From positions 11,061-75,060 of the forward strand of contig CAZEOD010000005.1 in assembly GCA_964513675.1 (NCBI GenBank): a DNA stretch of 64,000 bases, read 5' to 3'. Shown here one piece after another: positions 58,376 through 64,000 of this stretch. How positions within the stretch are numbered: the stretch's first letter is position 1; each line of letters starts with the position of its first letter. Position numbers and translations under genes: made by a program. The notes beneath the pieces are model-generated. The model worked only from the letters and a program-made list of their open reading frames with translations. It ran no database searches and was not told the DNA's origin. Source of the DNA: an uncultured Caulobacterales bacterium (GTDB lineage Bacteria > Pseudomonadota > Alphaproteobacteria > Caulobacterales > Maricaulaceae).

Positions 58376-59402
58376 AATGGTTGATGTTGCAGAACACGCA
58401 GGCGTTTCAGTGAAAACAGTCTCCCGTGTTTTAAACAATGAAGCACATGTGCAAGATAAAGTTAGAAAACGTGTCTTTGAGTCGGTTGAAACATTGGGTT
58501 ATGTCCCCAGTGCCTCGGCGCGAAATCTGCGAAGCCGCCGAACCTATGGACTGCACTTTATTACCCACTCGACGCGAAGTAACTTCTTAAACGCCATTCA
58601 ATCCGGCGCTTTAATGGCGAGTCAAAAACGGGGCTATAGTTTGTTCTGGAATTATCTCGACCCCAATATTACAAAAGATCCCGCCAAGTTGAAAAACTGG
58701 TGTGATAGATTGATTAAAGACAGCCGGCCCGACGGCATTATCTTGACGCCGCCCTATACTAATTATGAAACGGTCAATGCCTGTTTAAATGCACATAAAG
58801 TGCCGATTGTCCGCATTGGGCCGAATAAAATCATGGATGATAATATCACCGTGAAGATTGATGACCGTCTGGCTGCACGCGATGCAACACAGCATCTTAT
58901 CGACCTTGGCCATGAGCGTATTGCCTTCATCCGCGGCGTTGAGAACCAACACGCGACACATGAACGCTATAAGGGGTATTGCGATGCGCTGGAACGAGCT
59001 GGAATTTCGAACGATGACAGCCTTGTTTTTCCGGGCACTTTCAACTTTGCCAGCGGGATGACCGCCGGCGAGAAAATTGTAAATATGGAAAACCGCCCGA
59101 CCGCTGTTTTTGCCGCAAATGACGATATGGCGGCCGGCGTTATTGTTGCCGCGCATAAAAATAATATCAAAATTCCCGAGGAAATTTCAATTATTGGCTT
59201 TGATGATTCTGAAATGGCAGAACGTATTTGGCCGGCTTTAACAACAATTCGCCAGCCGCGCGTTGAATATGGCGAACGGTCTACTGAAATATTGATTTCA
59301 ATGGCGGGATCAACTGGGCGAGGCCGAGCCGCCTCAAAGGCGACCGAGCTCATGGATTATGACTTAATCCTACGTGATTCCACTTCGGCGATTAAAAAGT
59401 AA
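58368..59402 (+). CDS. LacI-family transcriptional regulator
   Basis: N-terminal HTH MVDVAEHAGVSVKTVSRVLNN and a periplasmic-binding-protein-like effector domain. It overlaps the GPH gene end by 8 nt. Confidence 0.92.
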   Translation: MVKMVDVAEHAGVSVKTVSRVLNNEAHVQDKVRKRVFESVETLGYVPSASARNLRSRRTYGLHFITHSTRSNFLNAIQSGALMASQKRGYSLFWNYLDPNITKDPAKLKNWCDRLIKDSRPDGIILTPPYTNYETVNACLNAHKVPIVRIGPNKIMDDNITVKIDDRLAARDATQHLIDLGHERIAFIRGVENQHATHERYKGYCDALERAGISNDDSLVFPGTFNFASGMTAGEKIVNMENRPTAVFAANDDMAAGVIVAAHKNNIKIPEEISIIGFDDSEMAERIWPALTTIRQPRVEYGERSTEILISMAGSTGRGRAASKATELMDYDLILRDSTSAIKK

Positions 59403-59436
59403 ATATGAAAGCCCAAACAGGGCCAGTGATAACAGG

Positions 59437-60330
59437 CTAGAAACGCATCGCTTTCACGGCCTCATAGCTTGTCGAAACCGCATTTAAAAATGGCTTTTGC
59501 GGGCTATCATGCTCTGCAATGAAATATTCCATTCCAGAGATGTCATTCAGCGCAAAATAGCTTTCAAACGGGATAATACCTTCGCCAACATTGACCATAA
59601 GATCTTTGGTGATGCGGCCATAATCAGCGCCTTTGAAATCCGCGCGGCTTGGGTTCATGTCTTTAATGTGGCAAAGCTTAAAGCGGCCAGGATATTGCCG
59701 GAAGAGCGCTGGAATATCGACATCGACAAGATAAGCCCAAAACATATCAAGCTCCATCACAAGGTTTTCAGGCGCGCAATCACCCATAATAATATCCATA
59801 GCGATTGTTCCATCGCCCAGATCTTCAAACTCAAACTGATGATTGTGATAAGCGAGCTGAATACCGCTATCTCTAAGCTGCGCGCCGGCTGTGTTCATTA
59901 AGGCCGCATGTGATTTCCAATCCGCATAGCTGCGCTGGTCATCCGCAATATAAGGCACAACCGCATATTTACAGCCGAGCGTTTCGCATGTTTTTACAAG
60001 CCCATTGAGATCACCGCGAAGGTTATCAAGGGAAATATGCGTGATCGGGGCTGGCAGGGCGACCTCATCAAGCATCGCCCGAAGATCTGCCGGCGCGGTG
60101 TTAGCAAAATTACGGCCATTCAGCTCAACATAATCATAACCCGCCGCCTTGATAAGCTTAAGAGTTCCCATCGGATCAGGCTCAAATATTTCGCGCAAGG
60201 TATAGGTTTGCAAGCCAACTTTTGAAATCTGGCGGGCCTCGGGTTTTAAAGCCGCAGGGGCCTTACAGCCAACCGTAACGAGCGCCGAACTTGCCGCTGC
60301 ATTTTGCAGAAAAGATCGTCTTGAAAACAT
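59437..60330 (-). CDS. Exported xylose-isomerase-like TIM-barrel protein (sugar phosphate isomerase/epimerase family)
   Basis: Twin-arginine signal SRRSFLQNAAASSALVTVGC with a lipobox, and an AP-endonuclease-2/XylA-like TIM barrel length. A TAATG overlap joins it to the GMC gene. Confidence 0.75.
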   Translation of the reverse strand: MFSRRSFLQNAAASSALVTVGCKAPAALKPEARQISKVGLQTYTLREIFEPDPMGTLKLIKAAGYDYVELNGRNFANTAPADLRAMLDEVALPAPITHISLDNLRGDLNGLVKTCETLGCKYAVVPYIADDQRSYADWKSHAALMNTAGAQLRDSGIQLAYHNHQFEFEDLGDGTIAMDIIMGDCAPENLVMELDMFWAYLVDVDIPALFRQYPGRFKLCHIKDMNPSRADFKGADYGRITKDLMVNVGEGIIPFESYFALNDISGMEYFIAEHDSPQKPFLNAVSTSYEAVKAMRF

Positions 60331-62030
60331 TATAGAACTCCTTGCTCTAAGAGGTCAGCCGCGTGATTAGCCGCGCGCGCCGAGAACGCCATATAAGTTA
60401 GAGATGGATTTTGGCAGCCCGCAGAGGTCATGAAAGACCCATCGGAAATAAACAGGTTCGGAACATCCCAGCTTTGATTAAATTTATTCAAAACAGAGGT
60501 TGCAGGGTCATGGCCCATACGCGCCGTGCCCATTTCATGAATCCCGTTACCCGGCACGCCAATGATTGGATTCTCAGGATCATCTGCATGCTCAATTTCA
60601 ATGCCTGCAGCCGTCATCATATCAATCGCATCGCGCGTGGCTTGCTGCATAAGCTTTTGCTCATTATTACGCATTTTCGCATCCAAGATCGGGACAGGAA
60701 AGCCCCATTTATCTGTTCTGGTAGGGTGGAGACGAATTTGATTACGAAAATCAGGTAAAATCTCAGCAAAGGCCGTAATGGAAAAATACCAGGGGCCGGG
60801 CGTTCTATTTCCGGCTTTAAAAGCTTTGCCGATACCGGCGTTATTTTTAGATGATTCCCACCCTAAGCGGTAAATACGGCCCTGATATCCAAAGCCGCGG
60901 CTATAACCAGGGCCCTCTTCTAAATGGTTTCGATATCGCGGGATGTAAAATCCATTCGGGCGGCGGCCATAATGATATTTATCTTCCATGCCCGGCATAA
61001 TGCCGCGCGCCCGTGCACCCGAAATATGATCCATAAGATTATGCGCTAATTGACCAGAGGAATTAGCAAGCCCGTTTGGAAAGGCCGCATTTGCCGAGTT
61101 TTTAAGAATAATCGTCGACGGAATTGTTCCCGCATTAAGGAACACAATTTTAGCCGTATATGTCTTGGCCTCACCGGTTTTTATATTCACTGTTTTAACG
61201 CCGGATATCCGTTTTTTACCCGCATCATAATCCAATTTAAGAACGGCTGTGTCCGGTATCAATGTCAGATTGCCCGTGCGCTCCGCCGCTGGAAGCGTTG
61301 CCGCGACTGAGCTGAAATAAGCCCCAAAAATACAGCCTCTATGGCACAGATTACGCGATTGGCACTGTCCGCGCCCTAATTCTAATTGTTCTTCCGTGGG
61401 CTGTGTCAGATTGGCGACACGCCCGGGAATAACTTTGCGAGTCGGGAAAGCGGCTTCGACTTTTTCTTTAAAAACCTCTTCCGCACATGTCAGATCATGC
61501 GGCGGCTGAAAAACACCATCGGGCAGAATATCCAGCCCCTCTTGAGAGCCAGAAATACCCGCAAAGCGCTCAACATGGTCATACCACGGCGCGAGGTCTT
61601 TATAGCGGACGGGCCAATCAATCCCGATATTTTCTTTTTTGTTAGCCGCAAAATCAATCTCGGACAAACGATAGCTTTGACGCGCCCACATCAAGGATCG
61701 TCCGCCTTTGTGATAGCCGCGCCGCCATAAATAATCTTGACCTTCGGGCACTTCATATGGGTTTTCATTATCATCGACCCAAAACTGTTTCGAACCTTGG
61801 TCAAAGGCGTAAACAGTCGATTGAATCGGATGGTTTTTCAAATCTTCCGCTGTCTTACGGCCTAGATTTTGCATATCCCACGGGTCAATATGATCGCCGT
61901 AATCCTCGGCAGGGTCTATGTCACGGCCGCGCTCAAGCACAGCTACTTTCAAACCGCGCTCTGTCAGCTCTTTCGCGACCCATCCACCGGACATGCCGGA
62001 CCCAACAATGATTGCATCAAAATCAGCCAT
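60330..62030 (-). CDS. GMC-family FAD oxidoreductase (gluconate 2-dehydrogenase flavoprotein-like), no signal peptide of its own
   Basis: DAIIVGSGMSGG Rossmann motif and a C-terminal GMC motif IHEMGTARMG. The ATG at 62030 lies 2 nt after the small-subunit stop; a GTG at 62045 is the alternative. Confidence 0.85.
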   Translation of the reverse strand: MADFDAIIVGSGMSGGWVAKELTERGLKVAVLERGRDIDPAEDYGDHIDPWDMQNLGRKTAEDLKNHPIQSTVYAFDQGSKQFWVDDNENPYEVPEGQDYLWRRGYHKGGRSLMWARQSYRLSEIDFAANKKENIGIDWPVRYKDLAPWYDHVERFAGISGSQEGLDILPDGVFQPPHDLTCAEEVFKEKVEAAFPTRKVIPGRVANLTQPTEEQLELGRGQCQSRNLCHRGCIFGAYFSSVAATLPAAERTGNLTLIPDTAVLKLDYDAGKKRISGVKTVNIKTGEAKTYTAKIVFLNAGTIPSTIILKNSANAAFPNGLANSSGQLAHNLMDHISGARARGIMPGMEDKYHYGRRPNGFYIPRYRNHLEEGPGYSRGFGYQGRIYRLGWESSKNNAGIGKAFKAGNRTPGPWYFSITAFAEILPDFRNQIRLHPTRTDKWGFPVPILDAKMRNNEQKLMQQATRDAIDMMTAAGIEIEHADDPENPIIGVPGNGIHEMGTARMGHDPATSVLNKFNQSWDVPNLFISDGSFMTSAGCQNPSLTYMAFSARAANHAADLLEQGVL

Positions 62031-62032
62031 AT

Positions 62033-62611
62033 CTATGTCGCCCACGTCCGTCCAATTTCAGTCAAATCCACACAGCCTTTCCAATCACCGGGGACAGGCT
62101 CATATCGAAGCTCCTCCGATGCGCCCGGCTCTGACATATAATAGGCCGTCGCGACTGTCGATTTCATATCGGTGTAAAACCCGTCTTTTGTCTTTCCGCT
62201 AAAAACATCAAGATCATATGCGGCTAAAATATCATGCTGCTCTGCGCTATTTTGCTCAGCAAATACGCCGCCTGATTTCGCATCTAATTTTGCAGCAAGC
62301 GCGTTTAATCCTTTGCGCCAATAGCCCTTATAATTATCATCGCCCCACTCAGAAACCAGGCTAGCAATTACGGCGGGCACTCCGGCCTCAACCGCGCCGG
62401 CGGTCTCTGTTTGCGGAATAATCGTTTCAGCAACGGCACTCAGAAAAGCAAATTCGCTGGCCGTGAAAAATGCGGCGCTGCTCGCGTCAATAGCGGGTAA
62501 ATCTTTAGCGCCAGTCTCGCGGCTCGCCTTGCATGACGATAGCGCGCCCACCGCAGAAATAGCCAAGAGCGCTTTAATCGCCTCTCGCTTTGTAACATGT
62601 GCCTTACGCAT
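62033..62611 (-). CDS. Gluconate 2-dehydrogenase subunit-3-family small subunit with an export signal
   Basis: 192 aa. The N-terminal KREAIKALLAISAVGALSSC is a Tat-like lipoprotein signal. It is the first gene of the three-gene operon. Confidence 0.7.
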   Translation of the reverse strand: MRKAHVTKREAIKALLAISAVGALSSCKASRETGAKDLPAIDASSAAFFTASEFAFLSAVAETIIPQTETAGAVEAGVPAVIASLVSEWGDDNYKGYWRKGLNALAAKLDAKSGGVFAEQNSAEQHDILAAYDLDVFSGKTKDGFYTDMKSTVATAYYMSEPGASEELRYEPVPGDWKGCVDLTEIGRTWAT

Positions 62612-62658
62612 AGATATTACACTCCTTTGACCCGGTTCATATATAGTGTCGTTTGCTA

Positions 62659-62692
62659 GGCATAATGCCTATAGCTATCTGGCATAATGCCT
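62659..62692. repeat. Two exact copies of GGCATAATGCCT spaced 22 bp centre-to-centre
   Basis: Copies at 62659-62670 and 62681-62692. Each is itself near-palindromic (GGCAT-AA-TGCC). They lie 48-80 nt upstream of the small-subunit start. Confidence 0.5.
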
Positions 62693-62798
62693 GCGATACG
62701 CAAGGCCACCAAAGGCATTTACACGCCTATGAAACGAAAACTCTATGAACGGATATTCCCAAAATACTTTTATAGTTATCTAATTTACATAGCTGAAT

Positions 62799-62812
62799 TG
62801 ACATCGTTGTCA
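62799..62812. promoter_or_regulatory. Operator variant TGACATCGTTGTCA (13/14) between the GMC operon and the cupin gene
   Basis: One mismatch relative to the 44668 palindrome. It lies 50 nt upstream of the cupin ATG. Confidence 0.55.
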
Positions 62813-62861
62813 ATCTTGATAGTCTAAAATTATATTCACAATTTAAAATTAAAGAGCCCCC

Positions 62862-63344
62862 ATGTATAGACATAAGATGCAAAGATATAAGTTTAAAATA
62901 TCCTGCCTTATATTCGCAGCCTTTGCTATGGCCCTTTCTGCGTGCGAAGGTCATCACGATCATGCCGCACCGCAAGAGGACGCCGCTTTAACGTCTGGTC
63001 AATTAAAGACGGGCGTTGTTTCGGAGCAAACCGCGAAAACAAGCGTAGAATCGTGGGGTAAGTTTTTGAGTTATTATGAAGGCCGCTCTGACCATGTTTC
63101 GGATATTTTAACAGGCGTCGCCGTGATTAATCCCGGCGAAGAAATTCATCCGCCGCATAAACATCCCGAAGAAGAATTTCTAATGGTTATAGAGGGCAGC
63201 GGAACATGGAGCATAAAGGGTATTAATAGCCCCGCCTTAGCCGGTGATATTTTATTTGCCGTGCCGGGTGAACTCCACGGGCTTAAAAATACAGGCAATA
63301 CCCCATTGAAATTTGTTGTGTTTAAATATAACCCAAAACCTTAA
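62862..63344 (+). CDS. Exported cupin-domain protein
   Basis: Lipoprotein-type signal (AMALSAC) and cupin motifs GEEIHPPHKHPEEEF ... LHGLKNTG. Confidence 0.75.
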   Translation: MYRHKMQRYKFKISCLIFAAFAMALSACEGHHDHAAPQEDAALTSGQLKTGVVSEQTAKTSVESWGKFLSYYEGRSDHVSDILTGVAVINPGEEIHPPHKHPEEEFLMVIEGSGTWSIKGINSPALAGDILFAVPGELHGLKNTGNTPLKFVVFKYNPKP

Positions 63345-63386
63345 TAATAAGCCGGCAAAAAAAATCGGCACTACAGGGAGAACTTC

Positions 63387-64000
63387 ATGTCATTAAATGG
63401 CCTCGATATTTTTGTGCTCATTGCTTACGCAGTGATCTTATTTGGGGTGGCAATTTATGTCTCCCGCGAGCCCAAAGGGCACGCGAAATCTACTGAAGAT
63501 TACTTCCTTGCCGGTAAATCTTTGCCATGGTGGGCGATTGGCGCGTCCTTAATCGCGGCCAATATCTCCGCTGAGCAAATCATTGGTATGTCTGGCGAAG
63601 GGTACCGGATCGGCCTCGCCATTGCGGCCTATGAATGGCAAGCAGCGATTGTTTTGATCCTTGTCGCGAAATATTTCCTCCCGATTTTTCTTAAACGCGA
63701 AATTTATACCATGCCGCAATTCCTCGATCAGCGCTTTGGCCGCGGCGTTAAAACGACCATGTCGATCTATTGGATTGCGCTTTATACACTCGTTAATCTC
63801 ACAGCCGTTCTCTGGCTCGGCGGGATTGCGGTTGAGACGCTGACGGGGCTGAATATTATTATCGCTATGGCAGCGCTCGGCACCTTTGCGATTGCCTACT
63901 CCGTCTTTGGCGGATTGAAAGCTGTGGCCCTGACGGATATTATCCAAGTCGTTATTTTGGTGATTGGCGGGCTTATTATTGCCTATTTAACCCTAAGCAT
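63387..64000 (+). CDS. SSS-family (SGLT-like) sodium:sugar symporter, 3'-truncated by the window end; not in the ORF track
   Basis: Hand translation gives MSLNGLDIFVLIAYAVILFGVAIYVSREPKGHAKSTEDYFLAGKSLPWWAIGASLIAANISAEQIIGMSGEGY... An AGGGAG SD lies 6 nt upstream. The frame is open to nt 64000. Confidence 0.8.
   Translation, partial: MSLNGLDIFVLIAYAVILFGVAIYVSREPKGHAKSTEDYFLAGKSLPWWAIGASLIAANISAEQIIGMSGEGYRIGLAIAAYEWQAAIVLILVAKYFLPIFLKREIYTMPQFLDQRFGRGVKTTMSIYWIALYTLVNLTAVLWLGGIAVETLTGLNIIIAMAALGTFAIAYSVFGGLKAVALTDIIQVVILVIGGLIIAYLTLS

Overview
The window looks like a chromosomal segment of a roughly 50% GC alphaproteobacterium. The synteny supports this: HAD-maoC-ribF, secA / ppiC-argJ-mutT, and DUF1178-nitrilase-grxC-comF. 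A marine Caulobacterales or Hyphomonadaceae-like lineage is only a guess. About 58 CDS are supportable, and I saw no rRNA, tRNA, CRISPR array, IS element or prophage. Housekeeping genes (ribF, acnA, trpA, grxC, argJ, secA, accA, xerD, aroK, aroB) flank two accessory islands.

Island 1 (about 12.7-23.6 kb) is a putative zinc-limitation island. It holds zur, a MerC-like membrane protein and a ZrgA/PA4063-type module (His-rich protein, DUF3299, MacB-like ABC). It also holds an uncharacterised module: a small His-rich secreted protein, a TonB-dependent receptor, an ABC ATPase and two DUF3526 permeases. A Zur-box-like palindrome precedes that second module.

Island 2 (about 41.3-64 kb) is a TonB-dependent carbohydrate utilisation locus. 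It has a 1083-aa TBDR and four translationally coupled 'tryptophan halogenase'-like flavoprotein genes, one of which has lost all cofactor and catalytic motifs. A DUF6445-like protein is coupled to gluconokinase. The rest comprises a GH3 beta-glucosidase, gluconolactonase, GntP, a GPH symporter, LacI, a predicted periplasmic GMC flavoprotein with a small subunit and a TIM-barrel protein, a cupin and an SSS transporter.

One palindrome, TGACAACGTTGTCA, or a close variant, sits in three intergenic regions of island 2, with a half-site match in a fourth. This ties the halogenase-like genes to beta-glucoside and gluconate catabolism in a single predicted LacI regulon, and I consider it the most interesting signal in the window. 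All family assignments rest on motifs read by eye from the translations. No database search was possible.
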